Of a stretch of DNA of 64,000 nt, positions 42,977 through 54,770 are shown in pieces. The notes beneath the pieces are model-generated. The model was not told the DNA's origin. It worked only from the letters and a program-made list of their open reading frames with translations, and ran no database searches. The translations under genes and the position numbers were made by a program. Source of the stretch: Prorocentrum cordatum (lineage: Eukaryota); the NCBI GenBank assembly GCA_963575745.1, contig CAUYUJ010000234.1:1-64000 (forward strand), written 5' to 3'. Numbering within the stretch: position 1 is the stretch's first letter; each line of letters starts with the position of its first letter.

Positions 42977-43251
42977 GTTTGTCTTCCTTCGTCCGCGCAC
43001 GTGCGTCGAGGCATTGCCTGCCCTGCTGTCGTTATCCCGTTTCCCAGTCAGAAGTGCTTGAGAGCGCCTGCAGAGAGAATCCGCCACCGAGAAAAAATTA
43101 TAGCCCATCCGTTGCCATTGCAGCAGGCCGCATCTACCACCGTCGTTGATCGTGCATTTCTCGGGAGCGCACGACAACCGCGCGTATTGCCCGATAGGGT
43201 GCCGCCGCGCATATATATATACACATATGTATGTGCATATATATATAAATA

Positions 43252-43300
<49 letters not shown>

Positions 43301-43559
43301 TTACTTCCAAAGGTTCACGTACGACGAGCTTCTCGTCGAATGCAAGTGGACGCCCGAGAACGACAAGACGGAATTTGGACAGCGGCCCCCAGCCGATTGA
43401 GGGGCCGAATCGTCGAAAAGGGGGAGCGGGGTGCTGTGAGGCATATGACGAGGAGGAAGATGAGGAGAGGGAGAAGGAGAGAAGGATGGGAGGACAGGAT
43501 GAGCGATGAGGGGGAGAAGGGCAGCAAGAGAGGATGAAATGCTGAGAGGAGGAACGATG

Positions 43560-46260
43560 AGGATCGATGCGTCCAGCCAGGGCCCGCGCCCGCTGCGACG
43601 CGATCGTCTCGTTCTGCAACAAGTTCCCGAAGGATTTCACGAAGGTGGGATGGGCTTGCTGCCAAGGGTTGCATTCACATGAAAGGCAATATGAAAATGA
43701 GGATTGGAGCAAGAGGACGCATGACCTATACGTTCTTAGATCGTGATCTAAGAACGTGTAGATCATGTGTCATCTTGCGATGTAGGGTGCATGTAGGATG
43801 AGGCAGGTATAACGATGAGGGACGATGTGAAGCAAGCGTTGGCGCGCTCTTCTGCCTCGCCTCCCCCGCGGGCTGGGCTGGGCAGCGGAACCGGCAGCAC
43901 GGCGAGAAAGAGTACAAGAAGGTCAGCGATTCGGAGCTCAACCGCCAGGCGCAGCTCGCGCGATTGCTACCTCCCTTGTGTTTGTCCGTCTTTGCTTTGA
44001 TCGGATTGCCGTCTCATTTTCATCCTCCTGGTCCTTCTCATCCGTCTCACTTTTCATCCTCCTCATAGTTCTCATCCTTCTCATCCTCCTGGCCCTCCTC
44101 ATCCTCCTCATCGTTCTCATCCTTCTCATCCTCCTGGCCCTCCTCATCCTTCTCATCGTCCTCATCCTTCTCATCCTGCTGGTCCTTCTCATCCTTCTCA
44201 TCCTCATCATCCTTCGCATCCGTCTCATCCTCCTGGTCCTTCTCATCCTTCTCATCCTCCTAGTCCTTCTCATCCGTCTGATCCTTTTCATCGTTCTCCT
44301 TCTCCTCCGCATCCTTCTATTCCTTTCATCTTGAAGTGGGTTTCGCTTCGATTCGGGAGTGATCTTCCAAACCAGTCTCGTCGTCAGTTCATTCAGATTG
44401 GAAACGTGTGCCAGGGAAGACCACACTCGCCCTCGCGTTGAATCTATGCCGCCAGGGCCACTTGCAGACGCTCGAGACTGAGATGTCTGCCGACGCTGAT
44501 ATTCCAGAGGGAGATCGTGAGATGATGTGCAAGCGCGCCAAGAAGGACATGTCGGGTTGTGGTGATGAGGGGTACGCACGAGGAAGGAGCATGATGTTGA
44601 ACACCAGGACGAGTGAGGAGGGGTATCTTCTCACTTGCTATCCTCATCCTCATCCTCATCCTCATCCTTCTTTCTCGAGCTCCTCCTGCTCATCCTGCAG
44701 GGCGTCAGCCAACGTTGGCTCACGCCCTGCATATAGTTGGGGGCGCGGGTGATGGCACGCCCGATGGATGCAAGACGAGGAAGTCGGTTACGTGAGCGAA
44801 CAACGTATGGGAGGGTTGGGCAGGAAGCCGATGAGTCCGACAGCGACTACTCCTATTCTCCGTATTCAGATGATGATGATGATGATGATCAAGAACAGGC
44901 AGGCAGCTCATCGGCCGCTGCCCCGACTAGAGCCATACAGGATGCGGCCATTCTCCTTGGTGAAGCAACGAACCTGAAGACGTACTTTTCTCCGCTTTCG
45001 GTGGGAAGGGGTCGATTGGTCGCTGCTGAGAACGCTATCGAGAGAGACAGCGTGAGAGAGAGAGAGGATGAGAGGGGGGAGGAGGAACATCATCAGCAGC
45101 AACAGCAGCCGAAAGATGAGGATGATGAGGAGGAGGACTAGGAGGGGGAGGGGGAGGAGGAGAGCGTCGGAGCGAGAGCCTGTGGGACATACAGCGTGTG
45201 ATCGATTCACAAACCAGTTTTCCCTTTCGGATTTTGCGAAAGGAGAGGGGGAGGTAAGCAAAGATACGTGGGTGAAGCCCTTCGAGAAGCAGGTGAAAGA
45301 TGCCTTGAAGGACCTGGAGAGCGCTACAACTATCATCGCGAAGATCATCAGCGGAGCGTCCCTAAGTGTGGGCAGATGAGGACGGATGATGGCGAGCTGG
45401 ATTTGATGATGAGGAATAGGAGGATCACGATCAGGACCAGGAGCAGCGGTTAGGATGTCCAACTCAGGTGTAGGAAAAAGAGCAGAATCATCAGGAGTAC
45501 AAGGAGCAAGTGGAGGAGGATACGTAGGCATATGAGCAACGGTTTGAGTTTCGTTTCGTCTCTGCGTTAGGGGCCGTGATCGGCTCCCAGACGGCGATCG
45601 GGCCCTCAGCTGGGCCAAACATGGATCCTCGACGTTTGGGCACCTCTCCTCACCTCGCCCCCCCCCCTTCTTAAGATCGATCTCGAGCTCGGTCCTCGTC
45701 GACGTATTTTGTTTCGGCGTCAGGGGCCGCGATTGGCCTCCAGACGCCGCCCTCAGGCCCCAGCGGGACTTCAAACAATTGACCCTGGATACTTCTAAGT
45801 AGTCTCGTTTTGCCCTCCTGGAGGTCAATCGATTGAACGCGAACCGATCCACGAAGATCGATCGAGATCTCGATCCTGGGCGAGATCTCGATGGTGGTCG
45901 GTCGCGGCTTCGAAGGATTAATTAAAGGTCGACCGATCGATCCCGACGTGGCAAGGTCGGGCAACCTGGATGATGCGAAGACTCTCGTCACGGAGGCCGA
46001 CCACGGCATCGATAGCAGAGTGGCAGCGGCATTGTGGATCAGCGATGGCGATGGTAGCGATCGGTGGCGGTGGTGGCAGTGACCTAGGAGCGAGGAGCTC
46101 TCCCGATTCTCATTCCTACCCAAGGGTAGGAATGAGAATCGGGAGAGCAACGGCCTGCTGCCAGGCGAAGAACCTGTGGTCGGCGATCGGCCCGCTCCAG
46201 GAGACCTACAAAGCCGCCCAGGACGCGATCAAGTCCACGAATCGCGCGAGCAGGCGCTGA
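43560..46260 (+). CDS. Probable multi-exon gene of unknown function; exon structure unresolved
   Basis: Short protein-like blocks ending at GT/GC donors lie between low-complexity tracts: ARARCDAIVSFCNKFPKDFTK, RNRQHGEKEYKKVSDSELNRQ, LQTLETEMSADADIPEG, KPFEKQVKDALKDLE, NLDDAKTLVTEADHGIDSR, AKNLWSAIGPLQETYKAAQDAIKSTNRASRR-stop. Confidence 0.4.
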
Positions 46261-47557
46261 GAGGCCGCGGGTAGGCCGGTGTCGACCCGAGGGGGGCCCA
46301 CGGACCCAGTGGACAGGATGAGATCAGCGAGGAGGAGGAGGCGGAGGAGGAGGAGGAGGAGGAGGAGAAGCCCCGTGAACCCCTGCCCTCGCAACCCCGA
46401 GCGCTCGAGCGAGATCTCGAGGAGGGGTTGAGGTCGACGGCGCCTTGTTTTTTTGTTTGCGCACGGCGCCGCGGCGAGAGCAAGGAAGGATTCCGAGGTG
46501 TTGCGGCGCGCGTTCCGAGAAATTGCGTCGACCTTGCGCTTTCTGATGCAATCGACTGGTGCCCAGGGCCACAGGAGATGAGAAATGGGCTAAGTAGATA
46601 CATGACGGAGGAAGTGAGTAGGGAAGGATTCAGGAAAATACACCAGGGACGATGATTCACGATGTTAAATTGCACGTCGGATGCAGGCGCTGTCGCTAGC
46701 CTCCTGGCCGAAATCGGTCCAACGTTGGGCTTCCCAAATCAAGTATCGAGTTCATTGGGCCTTGTGGACCTCCCGCTCGAGGGGGCCGAGGCCATCGTCA
46801 TATGCAGCTTCCCTTCTTGTTCTGCCACCGCGACCTCCTCTCTCAGGAGAGGAGGAGGAGGACGAGGAGGAGGAGGAGGAGGAGGAGGAAGGTCAGGAGG
46901 GAGGAGGAATATGATGAGGCGGAGGCGAATCGATAGAGGACCCTCGCATGCGTCAGTCGACGAGGGTCGCTCAGCTAGAGGCTCCAAGCCCAGTTCACCT
47001 ATATCGTGGCCAATGGATGTCTGGAACCCCGTTGACCCAGCAGGAGCGGGGAAGCATGATGCCACGGATCGATGATGTGACAGAGAGGGAGGGGTCAAAG
47101 AAATGCTCGGGGGAGGGGGAGGAGGAGGGAGACACCTTAAAAGGATGAGGATGCGAACTAGGTTTGACGTTTTTTTGAAGTCGGCGTCTGGGGGCACGAA
47201 CCCCTAGGCTGGTAGAGGGGCCTCCTGTTGGGCCCTAAATGGATCCTCTATCTTCACCCTCATCGTCCTCCCCCTCCTCCGAATCGGTCTCGCGACCCCT
47301 GCGGTTGGTTTGGGGCCCATGGGTGGGTTTGTAATCCCGCTCCCCGCTCTCCTTGCAAGCCTCCTTCCTAACCCTCTCCCCCTATCTCTTTTCCTCGCGC
47401 CCCCCCCCCCTCCCCCTCGAGAAGCGATCAGCGCTGGGGCGCTGACCGAATGCAGCAACGCAGCGGCAGCAGCATTCCGTAGCCTTCACTGTGCACAAGG
47501 GTTTTGCTTGCTTCTCGCGCGAGCGGGGCAATCGTCGAATATAAGACCCAGTTCCTC

Positions 47558-50245
47558 ATGGCGCACAGGGCCGCTGGAGAGAGATTGGTTCAGGAGGCGA
47601 CGAGGGCCCGCGTAGCCCAGGAGTTACGCGATTCGTTTGATGGCGGTGTTGGCTTACGGAAGTACCTGCTGTCTGCGTATAAGAGCGGAGAGATGAGCGC
47701 GGTTGCTGTTGCTTCGATTTCGTTCCATGCAACTGCCGCGGGAGCAAAGGGCGTTTGCGATCTGGCAGTTGACCCGAGCTCTGTGCACCAAGCAGAGCAT
47801 ATACGATCTGCTGTGTCTGCGCGCTCTGTTGATACCTTCTATTGGTTTGACATTCCTATGTGGAATCAGCTGACAGATTCCAGAGAAATCGTGAGATTTC
47901 CCGTGAATTTACCTCACGATCAATTTGCTAGATCTTACGAGGATGATCCAGCTTCATTCGATCCTATAGCGGGTCGGCATCTGCACCCGTGTTCCTTTTG
48001 CGCTACCTCCTGCCCCGCCCCGTCTCCGCCGCGATGCTTGCCCTGGGAGGGGGGGGGGGGGGGGCGCCCCTGGACCTGTGGGGCATGGGGACCGGCCCTG
48101 GGAAGTAGAGCAAAACGGAAAGAAACCGCGCAAATGCCGACCCCGTGTCAATTTCGATCAAACTGCATTGCCTTTGACATATGCATCGAACCCAGTTGTT
48201 CTCGAGAACCCAGGGAAGTGTTGTCCCCTGGGCTACTTCAGTGACGCGGTCCCCCACACGCGCAAGGACGCGTTCTTTGCGCATTATCTTTCGAACACGC
48301 TCACATCGAAACGGTGCGAAGGGGGAACGGCAACCAACCGACACAATGTTCCAGGATCTGGCTTTGCAACGTTCCCCTCTCCTCCCCGCCCCCCCCCTCT
48401 GCCTCCAGGGAAACAACGACAATGTGCTTGGGTATGTGGACAATTTGGCCCCAATCCCCTTCCCCTTGCTCCCCAGGGAATGTGGTGCGTGTGTGTGTGT
48501 GCGTGCGTGTGTGTGTGAGAGAGAGAGAGTGCGTGTGCGCGTAGGGTAGGGCGGGGGAGGGAGGAGGGAGTAAGAACTAAAAGTTCCACATGTCTAGGCC
48601 CACGGTGTCAGTTTGGTTGCCCGCCCCGCTGTCGTTCCCAGGTGGCTGATAGCGTGTCTCAGAAAGTCGGACGTCTGCCGTTGCGGATGCCGCGGCTTCT
48701 GTACGTTCGGTCAACTTCTTCGCGTGATCACGTGGAGTTACAACGTGATCGCTGATGGTCGTCATCCTCATGTAGATCATTTAGGCAACCAGTTTGTCGA
48801 CGATCGACGTTTGAGTTTGAGAGGGAAGGCACTTGCATCAGGATGGACAGGCGCCCTCCTGGAGTACAGGGCAGACCTCCTAGAGATGATCACAGCTCTC
48901 GGATTCGCTCGCTGGGATAATATTTCAAATCCCTGCTTCAAGTGCTCGTGCCGACGAGCCGATATGTTTCGTTGCCCCAACACCGTTCGCGAGTCCAAAT
49001 GGGTTCGACGTGATACTCATGCTTATCAGATGATGCTTCAGCTTTCTTTGAAAAAAGTTGTTGTGAAGACAAGGCGTGAGATGAAGCAACTTTTGGAGGC
49101 CATGCGTTTTGATGACGAACGTGGTGGGTTTACCACTTGGAAACGAGTTGAATTTCTCGATCTGGATTCTGGATTCCGTCTCATTGAAGATGGGCCCATC
49201 ACAGATATCCACGCTTTGCCACAGATGTCTGTGCCGCCAACAGGTTTGCAATTAACGTTTTTCGACGCTGCAAACGGTGTTGGGTTGACCTTAATCTGCC
49301 CAATGTTTGCAGTGAGGGGGTTCAGTGTTGACGCCTTGCATTTGGATATAATGCACATATTGGACTTGGGTGTGTCTCAATTTGTTATTGGTATGCTCTT
49401 TTACCTTTTATGCAAAAACAACTTCTCGAAGTCCTCGAAGAGGACCAAGCCGATGCGGTACCGCGAGAACCTTCTTCATCTGCGAAGGCCGACTGGCAAG
49501 ACACCCAATGCAACACTCCGACTGGAAGTGGCAATATATACCGCTCAAGATGCGATGTCGAGGAGGAGACGGAGGCGGAAGAGAGGCTTCGAAGGGACGG
49601 AAGGCAGATGAGAAACGAGGAGAAGACGACATCGACATCTCGAGCGGATAAATTGCTACTTTCGGGGTGGTTCATTGGGCGTTTTGTCCCCCAAGGAGGT
49701 TGCAGGCTTTCTACTTGTCACGTCCGTCGGGCCTTGGATGCAAGCGCGGCCGACGCAGTAGAATCCACAGGATAACCTACAAAATGTTTTGGCCGTCCCC
49801 GAAGGCTAAACACCCGCGGCTCAGAGCCAAAGCGGCCGAGACTCGGCATCTCATCCCTTGCGCCAAGCAGATGGCCTCTGAAAATCTTGACGAACTCGGT
49901 CCTTCAGGCACGTTGCTGGCCATGTCGATTGATGCTCTTGTGTCGGCCCGCGACATCATGGAGCGAGAACCTCGCCAGATGGACCCTGATGCCGCGATTC
50001 GGCTGCAAAATGCTTTGGTTCGTTTCCTGCATTTTTGGCAGGCCTTTGGCGGCCATGAGGTTTTCAAGCATCACATGCTTTTTCATGTGGCAGAATTTGT
50101 TGAGGTTCATGGGAACCCTCGGTTCTATTGGACCTATGCAGACGAAAACGAAAACAGACTGATGGGCCAAGTGGCCAAATCATTACACGCGGGCAGCACT
50201 TTTTATAGCACGTTCCTCCAGAAGGTGCTCCCGGAGTGCTGCTGA
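47558..50245 (+). CDS. CMC/EnSpm(Plavaka)-like transposase, 4 predicted exons (47558-47972, 48109-48313, 48642-49487, 49696-50245), 671 aa
   Basis: Exon phases join correctly across GT-AG, GT-AG and GC-AG introns. Motifs: FSDAVP, YRADL, PCFKC, DIMHILDLG, KHHMLFH and WTYADE. Confidence 0.8.
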
Positions 50246-50532
50246 TGGTTTTTCGTCTCGAAGGGGTGGCACCGCCAACAACATCAACGAAACGCTTAAT
50301 ATTACCCAGGTGGACTAGAATCCTTGTCGCCGTTGCTGGGCGCAGCTCGGAAACCAATCGAAACGTAAATTCAAGTCAAAGTGATATACCGCTCGGGTGA
50401 ATTTCTAATCAGAGAATTGACACGTCGCTTGCGTGTGCCGTTCTTCTAATCAGAGAATCGGCACGTCGCTTGCTTGCGCCGTTCTTCTAATCAGAGAATC
50501 GACGCGTCTCGCGCTTGCTCCGTCTTTCAATC

Positions 50533-51075
50533 GGAGACGCAGGCCGCCAACTTCGCCGCAGGCTTGCGTTTCCGCTGTTGGAGCAAAAGCGGGATCGAAG
50601 GAAGGATGTGGAGGAATACTAGCAAGCTAATGGTGAGGAGGAGGGCGACGAGGAAGAAGAGGAGGAGGAGGAACATGAGGAGGAAGAGGAGTAAGAGACC
50701 GCAGAAGCGGACGCGAGGCACGGGCCCGCTCCGCGGCAAACGCAGAGGGCCCCATGCTGCGTTTTTGATTCACCCCCGGTATGTTTCACCAATGGGGATA
50801 GGAGAAGCAGGCCGCCACTTTCGCAGCAGGCTTGCGTTTCCGCCGCTGGAGCAAAAGCGGGATCGAAGGAAGGATGTGGAGGAAGACTAGCAAGCGAATG
50901 GTGAGAGGGAGGAGGAGGGCGACGAGGAAGAAGAGGAGGAGGAAAAACATGAGCAGGAGGATGAGAAAGAGGAGGAAGAGACCGCAGAAGCGGACGCGAG
51001 GCACGGGCCCGCTCCGCGGCAAACGAAGAGGGCCCCATGCTGCGTTTTTGCTTCACCTCGATTATGTTTCACCAA
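50533..51075. repeat. Direct duplication of about 265 bp, preceded by three TTCTAATCAGAGAAT repeats at about 50403-50500
   Basis: 50533-50792 matches 50801-51075. Confidence 0.85.
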
Positions 51076-51339
51076 GGGGGGGCGCGCGGCAGGGGCATGG
51101 GGCGCCCCCCCCCCAAGAGGGCCCGACTGATGAGGGGAGGGTTGGGCGAAGGAAAACCAGGAGGGGGGGGGGGAGGTTGGCGCCCACGCGGCGTGAGGAG
51201 AGGGCTCACCATGCGAGGTGGTGGGCCGCAGCGTGGCGCTAGGCGTTGCGGCTGCGTAACTCCAGTTCAGCGGCGTGAAGAGACATGGCGTTGCCTCCGT
51301 TTTCCTAACCCTCCATATATACTTCCACTCTCAATTCTT

Positions 51340-51382
<43 letters not shown>

Positions 51383-51783
51383 GCCATCTATATATGTCCT
51401 CGCCCCATCCCTTACGACTGTGTGTTCCTCGACCCACGGGGAAGATGGGAACGTTCCCGAAATGGTCGGTCTGCGACAACCGTGAACCGCGCTGACACCG
51501 CGTGAAAAGACATGGCGTTGCCTCCCTTCCGTAACCCTTTTTCTTCCATTCCCAAATATTCCATGCGCGCCCATCCTCGCCCCGCCCCTTAGGAATCCCC
51601 CCGAAAGGCTCGGGGGGGAGGGGGAGGGGGAGGGGGGGAAGGAGGAGGAGGAAGGGGGGGAGAGGAATTCCCTGGCCGCGGCCTGACGCACACGTCGGCG
51701 CCGCGTGCGCGGCTACCCTGCCGGGTCGAGGCAGTGTTCCCGCATGTTGCTTGGAATTCGTTCTTGCCGCCCATATGAGAAAT

Positions 51784-51830
<47 letters not shown>

Positions 51831-52809
51831 GCGTGTGCTTCACAGCACAAGCGAGTGTTATCCAGACGACGGAACGTCTGCAGTTCTGTTTGCCTCTCGC
51901 AGCTCGCACTGCCCCCCTTGCCCTCTCAACAAAAAGACAAAACCAAACAAATCAACAAACAACAAGCACAAACAGCACGAAACAAAAGAGAGAACAAAAA
52001 CACGCAGGATCCCGCAAATGGCTCCTGAAGGCCCCCGCAATGGCTCCAAAGGCTCCAACGAGAGGAGAAACACAAACGTCTCGAGAATGCACATTTCTCC
52101 TCCTCGGCGCATCCGCGTTGAATGTTGCCACCCGGGCGCCGCCGTTGCTCGACGAGGCCTTGTCGCAAAGACTGCTTCCACTTGCTTGACGAATTGCGCT
52201 ATGGAAAACACGCCCCCCCTGCATTCCTCTTCGCAGAATACGCGTGTACTATATACTAGTAGCATTACTACGAGTAAACATGTATGCGACGACTATGGAC
52301 GGCGCACGTCTGAATATGTTTTCTGTCCCTCGGGGTGCCCCTTTCGTTTCAATGCGAATGGGATGCAAGATGCGCATCCTGCGCACCTGGCAACGTGCCG
52401 CGCGTGATCACTGATCAGACGCACTGCCTTCTACAAAGAAAGACAATGCCCGCGGCCCCAAAGGCCCCCGCAAAGGCTCCAACAGGTTCCCACCCCAAAA
52501 GCCCGCGCAAAGGCTCCAAGGGACCACTGCTCGAAAAGCTCTCGCAAGGCTCCAAAGGCTCCAACTACTACAACCCACTCCAGCCACAACAACCGTTTTC
52601 TCAAACTGTGTTGGATTAGCTCTGTTTTGTTATATCTAGATACAACGGTTACAACAGCAACATACTGTTTGCATTATCTTGGTTGTTTTGAACTATCATA
52701 AGTGTGTTGGCATGTTGTCTTGAGTTTTTCGCGATGTCGTGAGTTTTCTCTGGCGTCGTGACTTAAACTCATGACGTTTCAAGACGTCGCGAATTTCTCA
52801 CAACGCTGG

Positions 52810-54770
52810 AGGTCTGGGTTCGGGGGCGTCACGGCCCGCGCCCGCGCGGTCCACGTCTGGGGCGACGGCGACGAAGCACGGCCATTGGGGGGCCCTCCTC
52901 CACTGGGCCAGCCGCGCACAGGGCCGCGCGGGCCGCGCCAGCTCAGGCGCGAAGCGGGCCGACCGATCCTCGACGAGGTTTACTTGGACCCGGAGGAGGG
53001 GGCCCTGGCACTCGACCCGCGGATGTCGATCTCCGGGGAGCGCGCCACGCCGAGGCCTCGCGGGACTGGGCAACCCGTGGGGGCCGGGTGCCCCCAGCGC
53101 GCGGCGGTGCACGACCCGCGCGGCCCTTGCCGCGCGGCTAGGGCCAAGCACGATCCGCTGCGAGGATGCTCCAGGACCTTGGTCCTCGAAGAATCGTGCG
53201 GAGGCTGGAAGGTGAGGGCCCTGCACCCGAATGAGATCTGGTGCGCCCAGGGGGGCATGGCCGAGCCCTGGGACACGCTGGGTCTGGGTGGCGCCACGGT
53301 GCCCGGTCGCATGCGGGAGGCGGCACGGGCGTTACCTCGCCGGGCCGCGCGTTGGGTGACCCGGCGGGCCGAGCGCCCCCTGCGCCATGCGGAGCAGGCC
53401 GCGAGCGGCGACGCAGCGCCCGGCGCTCGTGTTGGAGCGGGGCCGGACCGCGACCGGGGATAGCCAACGACGACTTCGCGCGGCTATGGTTGAGGGCGTG
53501 GCGGCGAGCCCCTATGAAGCAGCTCTGGAGGCGATGAAGGCGCCCGCGGGCGCGGACGCGCTGGCGGACCTTCTGGACCCGCTGGGCGCGGTGCGCGCCG
53601 AAGGGGCACGAGCGAGGGCAGTCGCGTTCGTCGACCCGCCCGATCCCGAGCGGCCAAAGCTCAGCGCGCGAGAGGGGGAGGCCTCAGCCCCCGCTCGGCC
53701 CGCAAGTGGCGATTGCGTGCCCAGAGCGCCCCCGCGTCAGCGTTGGTGAAGCCCGCGGCCTGGCGGCGTGGCGGGCCACCCCCCTGGGCGCTCTCGCGCG
53801 GGGGGCTCGCCGACGCTCGATGGGCGCGACGGCGATTGAGGCGGCGCATGCTGGGCTGGCCGAAGCAACCCGCGAGAACTACAGCGCGGGGCGGCGCCCT
53901 TGGACGATGTGGCGGAGGCTTCGGGGCTTCGGCCCGCGCCTCCAGGGAGAGACGCGGGGCGCCCGTCTCGCGGGCGAAGATGACCTCATCCGGTTCGTCA
54001 TCTACTTGTACAGGATGATGAAGAGGCGCGCCACGACCAGCGCGCCGCTGCGCCCGTGCGTCGGCGGGCTTCGGCGACGCGACGTCGGGCAGGCGGCGGC
54101 TCTGGACCGCTATCGAAGGGCTCCGCCGGCGGGGCGGCAAGGCGAGGCGAAAATTGCCAACCACGCCGCGCATGCTGCAATGGCTGCAGGAGTACTTGCT
54201 CGCGCATGGGGCCACCAGCTTCCGGGGGGCCACCGTCGCCCGGGCGGCGCTGATGACCGGGCATTTCTTCATGCCCCGAGCGTCGGAGCACTTGGTCCAA
54301 GAGGACCGCTCCTGGAGCTCGGGTTGGGCGGCGCGTGGCCAGGGCGTCCGCGGCCTCCGCGAGGGGGCGCCCGGCGCGCGGCTGGGCGACTGCAACGAGG
54401 TGGTCCTCGCGATCATCGAAGACCGACTAGTTCAACGCGGGAAGCTCGAGAAACCGCTTCCGCTCGGGTCGCCCCCGAGCTCCAGAGGGAGCCGCCGAAG
54501 CGCGTCGACCGGGGCGGCGAGGCCGGCCCCCCTCTTTTTAGGAGGTCGGATGGACGCCCAATTTCGCGCGACGAGATCCAGGGGGCCCCTCAATTGGCCG
54601 CCTCGGCCTGCGGAGTGGACGGGGCCCAGATGGGCCCACATTCGCTGGGGATCGGGGGCGCGACGGCGCGGCGCGCTGCCGCGCCTGTCGCGACCTCGAG
54701 GCGGCGAAGAGGTTTGGGGGGTGGTCTACTGACGCCTTCCATGGGCACCTCTGGGAGGACCACCGCCGCC
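52810..54770 (+). pseudogene. Decayed DIRS-type element: possible C5-methyltransferase C-terminal remnant followed by tyrosine recombinase
   Basis: Recombinase remnants at about 53820-54770: LAEATRENY, GHFFMPRASEHL, PLFRRSDGRPISR, HSLGIGGATA and KRFG.WSTDAF. Upstream are FGGVTARAR and VRALHPNEIWCAQG. The recombinase call is firmer than the methyltransferase call. Confidence 0.7.

Larger units (their letters stand above)
33116..43207 (+). mobile_element. Putative ~10.1 kb TIR-bounded composite DNA transposon (Merlin-type transposase plus cargo)
   Basis: CGGCGGCACCCTATCGGGCGATAC (33116-33139) and the reverse complement of 43184-43207 match at 23/24 positions. Both lie 3 bp from (TA)n tracts and enclose three co-oriented long ORFs. 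No 8-9 bp TSD was found. Confidence 0.7.
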
